Source: Isurus oxyrinchus
Lineage: Eukaryota
Assembly (NCBI GenBank): GCA_026770705.1
Contig: JANJGN010000039.1
Location: forward strand, 7,874,001-7,938,000
DNA length: 64,000 nucleotides
Direction: 5' to 3'
Part shown: positions 1 to 11,900 of the stretch, in pieces
Layout: every line of letters begins with the position of its first letter
Numbering within the stretch: position 1 is the stretch's first letter
The notes under the pieces: model-generated
What the model was told of the DNA's origin: nothing
Databases searched by the model: none
The model's input: the letters and a program-made list of their open reading frames with translations, nothing else
Made by a program: the position numbers and the translations under genes

Positions 1-860
1 ACTCTTTGGATGGCGAGGCGGCTCATGTGTTCTGCTGCAGATGATCAGAGATGGAGGTCGCTTGTGACAGCATTTCGAAAAATGCTGAGGGGTATGTCCA
101 CATCTATGTTTCGTCCAACGCCAGGTCCATTAGTGCACTATGTTCTGTGCCAAGGAGTACGAAGGAATCCAGCAGCATAACATCCTCATACATTCACGCA
201 GAGTTGGGGAGCCATCCTCAGTGGAAATGTGATACCAGCGCCATTACCTCAGTTATTCATTTAACGGCGTCGCAACTGATACCAGATGGAGCAGCTTCCA
301 TAGCAGTGCAAGCTGAAGGCATCTCATGTCTCAGTGCTTGTTGGAAGCTAAGAGTCCAGTAATGCAGGGTTAGCTTGTTGCCGCCCATCCACAAGTTATT
401 GCAATCCCAGTCCAGGCTGCTGCCATCAGAGATGCTGATGTCAGTGTTCAAAGGGTAATGCAGTATCTTGCAGCATTCAGGCAAGCAACCCTCCAACACA
501 TTAGAAGGGCTGTTGAAGCACCTCCCCGCCACATCAGCAATGTCTCCATGCACCAACCAATTGCTATCCGCTCTTAGGGTCACATCATTCATCCTCCCAG
601 AAGAGGCACCCCGGTATTTCCCGGTGCCTTTCTGCTGGCTGGTGTACTGCCAAGCTGAGGTGGGGCAATCTGAATCCTGCGGTATAGGACCAGGGCTGCT
701 CGAGGAAGTGCATCAGGATGACCTGCACTCCCACCAACTGAAAGTCATCATCGTCCCAAACCACCATGCTGCAGCAACTGGGTTCTACCGGGTCAGGGAA
801 CAAGGCCAGGCATGGGCACATGGAAGTACAAGGCTATGGATTTGGGGGCCACAGATACCT
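1..860 (-). mobile_element. Decayed Cys/His-rich coding remnant, possibly the CxC region of a KDZ (Kyakuja-Dileera-Zisupton)-type transposase
   Basis: The minus frame of ORF 257..592 reads AGRCFNSPSNVLEGCLPECCKILHYPLN and continues through stops into GWLPNS...LLDSFVLL...AFFEML. This loosely fits the RC..C...C..C...H..PLH and GxxPxS patterns of CxC domains. Recognised by eye only. Confidence 0.25.
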
Positions 861-922
861 TAGATGGCCAGTCGACTATCGGTAACTAGGTTTAAGATAA
901 TTTAATAAGAAGCAACGGTTTA

Positions 923-1592
923 TGTATGATGCATGAATTAATTAGCCAGAACAAGGCTTTGATTCGTGAGAATTGGAAGCTCTTTATTGATCCAGGGGAT
1001 GAACATATAGATGGCGTACAGCTTGCTAAGCTCAATATTTTCTGATAGTAACATCCTACACTCCAATCCAAGGGTTAGAGAACTCTTACCACGATCCTGC
1101 TCCACCCTCTCCTATCCATCTTCCATGTTCAGAGATCAGCTGGGTCGAGAAAACTAGTCCTCCCCAGGACTGCCCCCTCTTCTCGAGTGCTTGTTAATCT
1201 AACTATGTTTCCCGGGGGCTGGTAGCTTATACAGCGCCTGTTACCTATTCAAACTCTTCTGATCAATGTTCACGGGATGGGGAACAAAGCTGTCAGTGTC
1301 GTTAACACCTCCCCTTCGCGGGTTTGAATATTAGCCTACACCTGGCTGATGAACATGCCCTGGCCTATCGTGAAGACTTGCACAGATAATGGGATGCAAA
1401 AGCCCCCATCCTATCCACGTAGGAATGTCAAGATGTAAACCTGAATCAAGTGGCCCTGACATTTCTGGAGGCTGATTAAAATTGTTGCCTACTTCGAAAT
1501 GGCATTTGTTAGAAAATGTTTTTTTTCTGAAGAGAGATAACCGATGCTGTTTTGCTAACCTTAGAAGAGTATTTTACAAACATTAAATTACA
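923..1592 (-). mobile_element. Possible LTR-like segment
   Basis: The minus strand begins TGTA (1592) and ends TACA (923), with TATAA at 1227-1231 followed by AATAAA at 983-988. No target-site duplication or PBS was found. Confidence 0.2.
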
Positions 1593-2345
1593 TGTCCTTT
1601 TTGCGCCATGATTCCTGTCAGACGGCAGGTACTAAGTGAAAGCAGAAGATAATTTGTTGATTTCTGAATGAAATTGATTAACAGTTTGATTTATAAAATT
1701 ACAAGATTTATTTCTGTGGTAACTTCCATTTCTGCATTGTGTCGAAGAGGGCACCGAACCGGGAGAAATTAAAGTGTGGCTCTGATGTTCACTGAGGGTT
1801 TGTTATTGCATTCACTGATGCCAAAGTCAGATGAGGCCAAGATCGGCCGTCCAGTCAGAAAGGATCTGCGTGGGTTAGTAAGATCCATTCCTCTCCATCT
1901 CCCTCATCTGCCTCCTGCTTCTCCTTGGTTTCTCTGCTTCCTGCTGAATGAAAAGGAAACATAGTATGCATTATTTGCATTTAGGGCATAGTTAAATTCC
2001 CCTCTAATATTCTGGGTAGTGACCAGTTAGATATCAGGATAAAATGGCCACTATCACCATCATTAGCGATAAAAATCACTGTTCATCCTTCCGGAAAAAG
2101 GGTAGATTTCATAGGAAATGGCACAGGGAAGCAAATATATTTCATATCGCTCTTTATTGAGGATAAGTTGGAGAATTTATGTCTGTAGACCCAAAGCTGA
2201 AAATACATTCCTCCTTCTTCCAGGGCACTGTCGCACTCTGGGTATCCTTCTGTCCATTCTACTGGCCAGACTACAGACCAAGGTACACGGAAACATTTCT
2301 CCCGTGATTGGGTGCGGGAGATCTGAACAGAAATATTGTTTTCAG

Positions 2346-2380
2346 GTTCATGGCCTTCACTACGCGAAAGAAGACTTCAT
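2346..2380 (+). other. Candidate upstream exon of the repeat-exon gene
   Basis: ttgttttcAG acceptor and GTAAGC donor. ATG at 2350 gives MAFTTRKKTS+1 nt (phase 1), which would splice in frame to 5871. It could instead be 5'UTR or chance. Confidence 0.3.
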
Positions 2381-2574
2381 GTAAGCTGCAGTAACTTGAA
2401 CGAGCAGTACAAAACACACCAATGACTTTAATCCACTTAACAACTGGCAGTAAAAATCAATCAGCAACACAACAACAAAGGAAACTCTATGGAGGCTTGG
2501 GGGTCATTCTCGTTCTTGTTCGCATGTCCATCACTGAGGGGCAAAGTGAGGGTGTTTCATTGCGGGTTGAAATC

Positions 2575-2586
2575 CAAAATGGCGGC
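2575..2586 (+). promoter_or_regulatory. YY1-type motif CAAAATGGCGGC in a CpG-containing patch
   Basis: Matches the AAAATGGCGGC YY1 consensus and lies next to GGCGGAGGCGTGCGCCC. Function not shown. Confidence 0.25.
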
Positions 2587-2799
2587 TTTATCAGGCGGAG
2601 GCGTGCGCCCCTATCAATGAAGATTTAAATCAGTCAAACAATGCAAAATGTGCGCTGGGCTTATTTAGCCACACGCTCTGCATATTGGAGACTCGATGCA
2701 ACGTGTCCTTTGTTCTAGGACAGTGAAGCAGTCGCGCTGGTGTCCCAAACCCCGTCGAACCTGGTGCATAATAACAGGAGAAGGCCATATGTTCATTTG

Positions 2800-3110
2800 A
2801 ACATTCATTTGGGAACAGATGAGAGGCAAGGGGCACCTGGAGCCTGCACCAGATTGTAATAATATATATATGACGTGCTCACTAACTCAATTCCACCAAC
2901 ATACCTCCAAATACCTCACATATCTCGCACAGGGCGTAAGGGCGGCAGATTTCTTTCCCTAACGGACATTACTGAACCAGATGGGTTTTTACATAATTTG
3001 TCACCATAAATGAGATGGGTTTTATAAGCCCAGATGTAACAGCTGAGTTTAGCTTCCACTGGATGCCGCGGAGAGCTCTGATTACATTGCACCACCATCT
3101 CCCCGTGCTG
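2800..3110 (-). mobile_element. Degraded SINE-like interspersed repeat
   Basis: The segment GGGCGGCAGATTTCTTTCCCTAACGGACATTACTGAACCAGATGGGTTTTTAC resembles a common shark SINE body. Confidence 0.4.
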
Positions 3111-4014
3111 CCTTCCTTGCCTCCTGAATGACACACCTGTAGTATCACTTTGTTCTCCACACCGTCTTAAAAGGGATTTATTGCTGTGAAGCACACAACC
3201 ATATTGCTTAATCATCCATTATCAACATTGTTAATTCAACCGGTCCACGATCAAACTCTTTCATCCGACGGCAACATTTGCATACACCTGGGCAGTGTCC
3301 CCCTGAGCTGCCAAGATCCAGTTGCTGTTCGCTGCTGGCAGGATCTGACACAGTCTCTGTAAACTGCAATGTGCTTCCCCCAGCTTTGCATTCCAAGCCT
3401 TTGTAGATTAAAAGGTTGCGGGACATCTCTTCTTGATTTTGGCTTCGTTCCACTCGATAAGATCTGAACTTCGATCAGCTGGTATTGACACTTCTTGGCG
3501 GATCGACTTTCAGGGCATAGATCTGAGAAGCCTCTGGTGTGCAAGCAGAAAGCAGTGATCCAAGGTAACTTACACATTTTTCTCACAGTATTAATGTGTG
3601 CAATATTACCTTTGTCAAAGTACTGTGCGATTGATTGTCTATTGAAAATTCTCTGTAGATGTATGTTTAATTCATTCTCGCCCTGTGAGCGTGAGTGCAT
3701 ATCTCGATTCCCACAACCAGCCCAAAAGCCCCTATGAGTTCCTGAAATGTTGCTGCTCTTGTCTATCCAGGTGCTTAGGGTAGACAGTTTGGAAAACGTG
3801 AAAGAACACGAGTTCTCTGTTTAAAAACAAACTTTTCCCATTCGAATAATGGGATAGAGAACAGTGCAGCCCTCACCCAACACTGAAAACTGGAGTTACG
3901 CAGAACTTCTTCATAACCTTTGGCGAACGAATGTCCCCTCATTACTGACAAGAATATATGTTTCATCTTTCAGAACAGCCCGGCCAAAAGTGCGGAGCTC
4001 ATTATGATCTCTGA

Positions 4015-4345
4015 CAAGGCAGCATGAACTCAGTACAGAAGGTTGACAGTGCAGCATTCCTTTAATAGACCATTTCCGAAAATGCAAGGCTCTCTCAGTA
4101 CAAAGCCTCTAAAAGTGCAGCACTCTGTCTGTGCTGATCACCAGCACTGCAGCGCTGCCTCAAAACTGACCCTCCGAAAGTGCATCACACTGTCAGTACT
4201 GAAATAAGACAGAGCAGCGCACCCTCAGTATTGATCCTCCGACAGTGCAGCACTCCCTCAGTACTGACCCTCCGACAGTGCAGCACTCCCTCAGTACTGA
4301 CCCTCCCATAGTACAGCGCTCCCTGATTGCTCACCCTCTGACAAT
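4015..4345. repeat. 33-bp minisatellite (CAGTGCAGCACTCCCTCAGTACTGACCCTCCGA)n, about 10 degenerate units
   Basis: Near-perfect head-to-tail units at about 4243-4310, decaying outward, with no spacers. A degraded SINE-head-like stretch adjoins at about 4390-4440. Confidence 0.85.
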
Positions 4346-4849
4346 GTTAGAACTGCTAAACAACATTTGCAGGCTAGGAGCATTGGGTTAAAGTTTCTTG
4401 AGTGTGACTGGATCCCTTGATATTCCACCTCAGAGTGCTGACTGTTGTGGACATTGTATTTACACAGTTATAATATAATGAAAAACCTTAGCCAATATTA
4501 CAGAGCATGAAGAATAAATATATATTGCCGTTATCACTGAAAAAACGTTTATGATCTGGACTTTGAATTCTGTAAGGTCAATTGACTTAATGATTTGCAA
4601 CAGCATCGAATCACGGAACTGTAGCTTATTTTATTCAGATTCAGTCTCACTGTTTCCCTCAGACTTGACCTCAATTCCTTTCTGCCTCATTCCTTCACTC
4701 CCCTGGCCCCCCACTCCGTCTATCACTTACTAACTCACCTCATTGCTCACCCATCAGTTTGAAGGTGTAGAATATTCCTCAGATGCATTCGACCAAGCAC
4801 AAGTGGTTGTTATTATTAATCATACATTCAAATGATATAGGAGCTGGTT

Positions 4850-5500
4850 AGACGAGCGTTTGTTGAAAACCCTAAATATCCCTTGAGAAAGTAGTGTTGA
4901 GCTGCCATCTTGAATCACAGCAGACCCTGTTATTGTAGGTTCACCCACAGCGCTGTTAGGGTGGGAGTTCCAGGATTCTGACTCAGCGACAGTGAAGAGA
5001 TGATGATACAATTCCATGTCAGGATGACCTATAGCTTGTCGGGGAACTTCCAGCTGGCGCAGTTGCCATATATCTGCTACCCTTTTCCTCCTAAATGGTA
5101 GTAGTGGTGGATGTAGAAGGTACCATTTCAGGAGCCATGGTGAGTTCCTGCAGTGCATGTTGTAGATTGCACAAACTGCTACTAATGTGAGTCGATGGTG
5201 GGGGCCTAATGCTTGTAGGTGAGGTGACATTCAAACAGGCAGCTTTGCCCTGTTTGGTGGCTTCTTGAGTGTTGTTGGAGCTTCCAGAGAAGAGGAGAAT
5301 ATTCCATAACACCCCTGACTTGTGACTTGTAGGTGTTGGGCATGGCTTGGGGAATCAGGAGGTGAATAATTGTAGCGGGATTCCCGGCCTCTGGCCTGCT
5401 CTTGTAGCCAAATCATTTATATGCCTGTTCCAGTTCAGTTACTGTTCAATGTTGCCACCCAAGATCTTGATGGTCAGGGTTTTAAAATTCGTAATGCGTT
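4850..5500 (-). mobile_element. Non-LTR retrotransposon 3' fragment (second LINE family, RT C-terminus plus 3'UTR)
   Basis: The minus strand encodes remnants such as APTTLKK and ARGRESR. The same family recurs at 34350-35320 and 47210-48150. Confidence 0.8.
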
Positions 5501-5504
5501 TGAA

Positions 5505-5710
5505 TACCGCTAGTGTCCTGAAACAAATGCTTTCCACTTAAGTGAACAATACAGAAATATGAAGATATTTTCTTGGGTACTGATTGACAACCAAAATATA
5601 TACCTTTCAACATAGATTGCGCATATTTCTAAAATATAATTATCTGGCTGTGAAACCCTTTAAGCCGAACTGAGATCCTGATGGGCGCTACATAAATGCA
5701 GTTTCTTTTA
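5505..5710 (+). mobile_element. Deu-type SINE 3' part
   Basis: The tail TGGCTGTGAAACCCTTT...GGCGCTACATAAATGCAG is typical of Deu-domain SINE 3' ends. Confidence 0.45.
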
Positions 5711-5870
5711 CGGATAATCATTGATTCTCCCACAGACGTTGATCATTCTGACTCCCAGCTGCTGGTAGTTCCATTCTTCGATGGCCCCACTCGTGTTATG
5801 ACTGTTTAGGTCGCATCTGATTTCTGGTTTGACCAATCAGAGAACAACAAATGTTGATCTGTATTTTCAG

Positions 5871-5993
5871 CAATGGCGTCCATGACTGATGAAAACCCTC
5901 GCGGGAAGATCGAGGACATTTTGAATATGTTCGACACTCCGAATCTTCAGTTCGTCTTGAGGCACATGTTAACCTTCAGAGACTTCATCATCT
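5871..5993 (+). CDS. Repeat-exon 1 (123 nt, phase 1-1)
   Basis: gtattttcAG acceptor, GTAAGG donor at 5994, ATG at 5873 followed by G. Encodes ENPRGKIEDILNMFD...L...HMLTFR. Confidence 0.85.
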
Positions 5994-8900
5994 GTAAGGC
6001 CGACCCTGTCACTCTAAGCCATGATGTCCCTGAATTTATTTGTTGCATGACTAGGAATAAGAGAGCTGAAACATTTGTTTAATTTTGATTCCTATTTTGG
6101 AGGCTTTAATGGTCTTCTCTTCTATTATAGATACGATGCTTCCATCCACTCTTAACTCCTTGCTTTCTTCCTAAATCTTTGCAGTGATTCCCCACATGTT
6201 CCTGAATAGCAGGACAGGTTTACAAAGTGTTTAAGAGGGTCTATGGAATTGTTTTATTTCTAACTGATATAGAGAAAAGACAAGCATTTCGGATATACTG
6301 CAACTGCACAAAGCATTAATCAGACAACACGTGATTCCTGTGTGTAGTGCTGGTCACCGTATTACAGCAAAGATCTTATTTTATTAGAGAAGATACAGTG
6401 GAGGTTTAAGAGGATGTCGCCACTTCGGACTGGAAAACTGCAGCTGTGCAGAAAGAACGGATTCGCTGGGGCTGTTCTCCATGGAACAGAGGAAGCACAG
6501 GGGTGGATCGGTTGACATGCACATTATTATTAGGGGCCTGGCTAGAGAACATATGATGGTGATATTTCCTTTACCAAAGAGAACAGCGATTTGGTGGCAT
6601 AGATTTAAGTGAACATTTGTGAAAAAAATAGACAGGGGATTGAGAATTTGTTTCAGACTGTGGGATGCAGGGTTCAGGAAGTCATTGCCTGAAAGTGTAG
6701 TCGAGGCAGAAACCCTCATTTCACTTAAAATGTGTGTGGATACGCACATTAAGTGTTGTTGGCTGCAGGATTACGGAACAAATGCTGGAAAGTGGGATGA
6801 GGTGAGACGGCTCGTTTTTCAGCTGGTGAAGACACGCTGCCCCAAGTGTCCTCTTTCTGCATAGTAATCTCTGCAAAATTCTATATTATTGAGCAGGAGG
6901 TGACTATTGTAATTAGTTTAGAGATTAGTTTGCTTTGACTTTTAAGAGGAAGAATCCTTTAAGATTATGAATGGCTTAGACAGGGTTCACGTAGAGTGAA
7001 TGCACCCAATTTCTGTGGAAGGAATTCTCACCCTATCCATAATAATTATTGACTGATGCTTAGTTTAGGACTCATTTCTTTATTGAGTAAGTGGGTGTAC
7101 TGTGTAACGCATGAGCCCAGGAAATGTTTCTGGCAGGCATCATAAAGTGATCCTGGGAGAGCACTTGTATAAAGGTGAGTGGAAATATCGGATTCAAGGC
7201 TCAAATGAGAAGCGACAATGGGATGAGACTTGGTGAAGTCTAAACACCATCCCAGGTTAAAAGGGCCGGGTTGTCAGTTACATCCCGGTATATTCTATGT
7301 AATTCCAACCACTTTCTATTCGTCCTTCCTACCTTCAATAGCATCCCTCTTCCCGGCATTCACTGCCATACATCATTCATTTCTTCCAAACTAACTTCCG
7401 TCTTCCTCTGTTTCATTTCCGAATTTTCTGTCAGATTGATAGAACTAATGCACTCTGACAAATGCTGCTCTCTTATTTCTAGTTAAGGTCTCTGGAAGTC
7501 TGAAGAATTCCCGGCAGAGGATCAGTGATCTGCTCGACCGCTGTGATGACAATCTGCTCGCCTTCTTCTTTAATCAGCTCTTAGTCTTCAGAAACGACAT
7601 TCAAAGTGAGTTCTGCAGGTGGATTGTAACTGTTCTGTTGAGTGTTAAGGATTCAAACTCTATGATGTCCACATTCCATCGTCAACCTGGGATCCACAGA
7701 CCTTCACTGGATAAGGATACAGAACTTTAACATTTTCATATATGCTATTAGCAAATCGCTCTGTCATTTCCACCCTCCAGTCATTCAAACCCTCCTGGCT
7801 CCTTGCATTCCTCCAGATCCAGGCCCTTGTACATTCTTGATAATTCTCACTTGGCTATTGGCAGGCATGTCTTGAACTACGTTACACATCGCCTCCGTGA
7901 CACACTCCACAGTCAATGCAAAGCCAAGTCATCGGTCTCCTATGTCAAGTACTTTACAAATTCTAACTCCACAGTGTGAACGTTTGGTGTTGGATTCTGT
8001 GACTGCTCTTCATTTCATTTACAGGAATTATCTCCAGTGGTGACTGGGACAATGCAAAGACTCATCGACAAAATCTCGACTATCTTCTCGACCAGGCAGA
8101 GGAAGGAGATCTGATAGATTTTGAGCAGATTATATCAAGCTACGTCTCCATTGCTGGAGGTGAGTCAAAGCTCCTATCATCTAAGATCTCTCAAAGACCA
8201 CACGTGCCAACAGTTTATTATTAAACAATCAAAGTTCATGGAAGTCCACAGTTTATTATTATACATGCGAAGTTCATGGAAGCCCATACGTTATTATTAT
8301 ACAAGTAAATTAATGTATGTCTACAGTTTATTATTACACAATCAAAGTTCAAGGATTCTGCCACAAAAATGTACAATCACTAACATGTTGAGCCTGATGT
8401 GTGCATTTGTGATGTCCCATCAAGGCTATGGCCAAGTGCTGAAAAATTGAATTAGAATAGTTGGGTGATTGAATGGCGCAGGCTCGATGGGCCGAATGTC
8501 CTTTTACTGTCCTTTAAACCTCTGTGAATCTATGATTATATTCAACTTGGCTTGAGGCCTGCGTCTGCTGGCTAAGGAGATGAATCAGATTCCCAGCATG
8601 CACAGTGTTTAACTTCTGTTTGAGGTTTTGCCTCTTGCTCTTAACCATTGGTCACCAATTAAAAATCTGGCCATGTGTATGTGAATGATAACCATTAGTT
8701 ATAGAGCACCATTTAGTACACAAACTCATTGTAGTGATTGACAGCAATGATATCAAACGGTCATTTAACACCGCTTCATATAAGGAGGTGTGAGGACAGG
8801 CTAATGAGGATTTCATCCAAAGGGGTGGTTTTAAGGAATAGAGAAAATTAAAGAGGCACGAAGGCTTGGGAGAGGGATTCATAAGTTCAGAATATAAGCA

Positions 8901-11900
8901 GTTGGTAACTAATGTTGGAGTTGGTAAAAATAATGATGCTCTTGATGTCAGAAACCAAGGGGCAGAGATGGAGTGTTTGCCATACGGTGTTCCCTGTGTT
9001 CCACTTCTTCCCATTCTCTAATAAGCCTCTGCTGTTGATACTACCATCTCTGTCTATTTCTCATAAAGTAATACGAACACCAGTAGTTCATTCATCCGTT
9101 CAAGTCTGTGTCCTCATTCAATGACCTAAGTTTACCTAGACATTTGTGGGTTAAGATAAAGCAGATAAAAAAGGCCTTATGACAGGCACAAGCAGCTTAA
9201 ATCTGTAGGCAGCCTGTAGAGGTATAGAAAGTACGGGGACGAGGAAAAATAAGGAAATTAGGAAACCAACGAGGTGGTAAGAAACAATTTTGGCAGGAAA
9301 AATCAAACAAAACCGCACGATTCTTATCAGTAAATTAGGAACAAGCGAATAATTGAGGAAATGGTCGGGCCTAACAGAGGCCTATGTGGAAACTTGTGGG
9401 ATGCTGCTGAAGATGTGGGCAGGGTTTTCAATGAGCACTTTCTCTCTGTCTTCACTAAGGAGAGGGATGATGCAGACATTCTACTTAGGGAGAAGGAATG
9501 TGAAAGCTTACATGTAATAAGCATAGTGAGAGAGGGTGCACTGAAGGAATGGCTTCACTGAAGTTCGATAAATTACCAGGGCCAGATGAGTAATAAACCA
9601 GGCTGTTAAAGGAAGCCAGGGAGGAAATAGCGAATGCTCCGAGAAGCACTTTCCAATCCTCACTATATACAAGCAAGGTAGAAGAGGATTGAGAGCCTGC
9701 AAGAGCTGTAGCAAATTTTGAAAAAGTTTGTGAGGTAGTGGCCATAGATTTATCGTCCAATCAGTATGCCTTCGATGCTGGTCAAATAATTGGTATCAAT
9801 TGTGAGAGGCAGGATATACAGTCAATTAGAAAGGAAGAGATTGTTTATGGATAGTCAGCAAGCTTTTTTTAGTTGATGATAGTGCCTTACCAAATAAATA
9901 GACATTTCTTTAGGAAGTAACAAGTTGGATTGATGAGAGTAGTTCAGCAGATATTTTAAACAGGGATATTCCCAAGGCACTTGACAAGGTCCCACATGAA
10001 AGGCTGGTCAAAAAAGTGAGATCCCATTGGATACAGGGCAAGGTTGCAAGTTCGATACAAAGTTGGCTCATTGACAGGAGACAAATTGCAATGGTCGATG
10101 GATGTCTTTGCCAGTGCAAAGCGATTCCCAGTGGATTCAAAAGGGCTCGCTGTTGGGGTTATTGCTGTTTGTATCAAATTTGCACTTAAAAGTGTGATCG
10201 GAAAATTTCCAGACGATCCAAAAATTTCCCTGTACAAAACAGTAATTTGGATAAGTGCTGCTTTCAGGATGCTATCAATGGTTAGGATGAGTAGGCAAAA
10301 AGTTGCCAAATAGAAATTAATCCAGAAGAAGCATGAGCTAATGCATTTGGGGAGGGCAACCCAAGCAAGGGGATGCTCAATAAACTGGAACTTACTGATG
10401 GGGGTTGAGGAAGTGGGAGACTTGGGACTGCATGTCAACAGGTCACCGAAGGTTGCAGTGCACGTGGATAAGGTGGTAAAGAACACAAATGGAATATTTT
10501 CCTTTATTGGGTGAGGTATTGAATACAAAAGCAAGGAACCAATGCTGGAAGTGCCTAAAATACTGGTTAAGCTGCAGCTGCAATTTTGTGTAGAATTCCA
10601 GTCACCACATTACTGGAAGGGCAACAGTGTTCTGTGACAGTGCAGAATGGATTTTCAGGAATGCTGCCAGGTCATTAAACGGGGAGTGGGGTGTGGCGGG
10701 GGCTGTGCCGGCGGTGGGGTGGGGGGTGGGGGAGGGGTTGGGGGGGCTGCCATTGGTAGAGGGATTAAGGGTGACATGAAGAAAACTCTTTTCACCCAGA
10801 GGATGCTGGGTGCCTGGGAATCACGGCCTAAACTGGTGGTTGAATGTGAAACGTTCAACGGAATTAAATGGTACCTGCGTCTGGACCTGAGGTGCTGTAA
10901 CCCACATTGTTATGGAACAAGTGCGGGAAACTGGGGTTAAAACTGAGCGACTGGTTCATTTGGATTTCTCTTTCATTGGCCGGTGTAGACACGGTGGCTG
11001 ATTAGGCCCCTTCTGTGCTTTAACTTTCCTGTGGTTCATAACACTCACCTCTTGGCCCCCTGTCCCTCTGGACATTTGGTTGACAAAACTGCTAATCTAC
11101 ACCTCAATTTTTAGAATTGTTCAAGCGCAAATTCCCATTATTGGAAGATCTCTTCACAACATTCCAGTATCTTTACAGTGCAGAAGGAGGCTGTTTGGCA
11201 TGTCAGGTTTCCACTGAAAGAACATTCTAACTAGTCCACTATCCATTGCCTTATCCCTGTGACCTTGTATATTCTCTCTTTTCAGGTAAGAATCCAATTT
11301 CCTTTTGAAAACCTCGATGGGAATTGCACCCAGCTAATTCCAGGAAGTTTCTTCCGGATGCCAAATCCCATCTGGGTGAAAAAAATCAGTTTCCCTCACT
11401 TCATTTCTGCACGTTTGCTAATCATTTTGAATATGTGCCATCGAGTTCTTGATGCTCCCTTAGGTGGGAATATTTCCACACTATTTACCCTGTTCAGACT
11501 CCTCAGGATCTTCAATACCTTAATAAAGTTTCCTCTCAGCCTTATTTTCTTCAAAGGAAAGCGGTTCCAACTTCTCCAACCTATCCTCATAGCTACAAAT
11601 CTACATGCCAGGGATATTTCTTGTGAATCTCCTCCGTACTCGATCTATTGTCTTCACATCCTTCCTTAAGTAGAGCGCCCAAAAAAGGACCTGCACTCCC
11701 CATGAGGCCTAATTACTGTATTATACAAGTTCAGCAAGATCGCCTAACTCTTGTGGTCAATGCCCCTATTAATAAAGCCCAAGATAGTATATGATTTACG
11801 AACTGTGCACTCAACACACGCTGCCACCTTCAAAGACCTATGAACGAATACACTGAGATTCCTCTGTTCATGCACGTCTTTTAGAAGCTCTCCCTTCACA

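Noticed and set aside
4015-4345. CRISPR-like array (33-bp periodicity)
   Set aside because: Units are head-to-tail with no unique spacers, there are no cas genes, and the context is vertebrate.
5736-5764. Extra coding micro-exon before repeat-exon 1
   Set aside because: The only frame that would join 5871 in phase contains a stop. It could only be UTR, and the donor is weak.
10647-10940. Gly-rich and Pro-rich ORFs
   Set aside because: These translate a G-run inserted in a CR1 fragment. Similar G/C tracts at about 12640, 17130, 20345, 33300, 38695 and 59820 are ordinary simple repeats.
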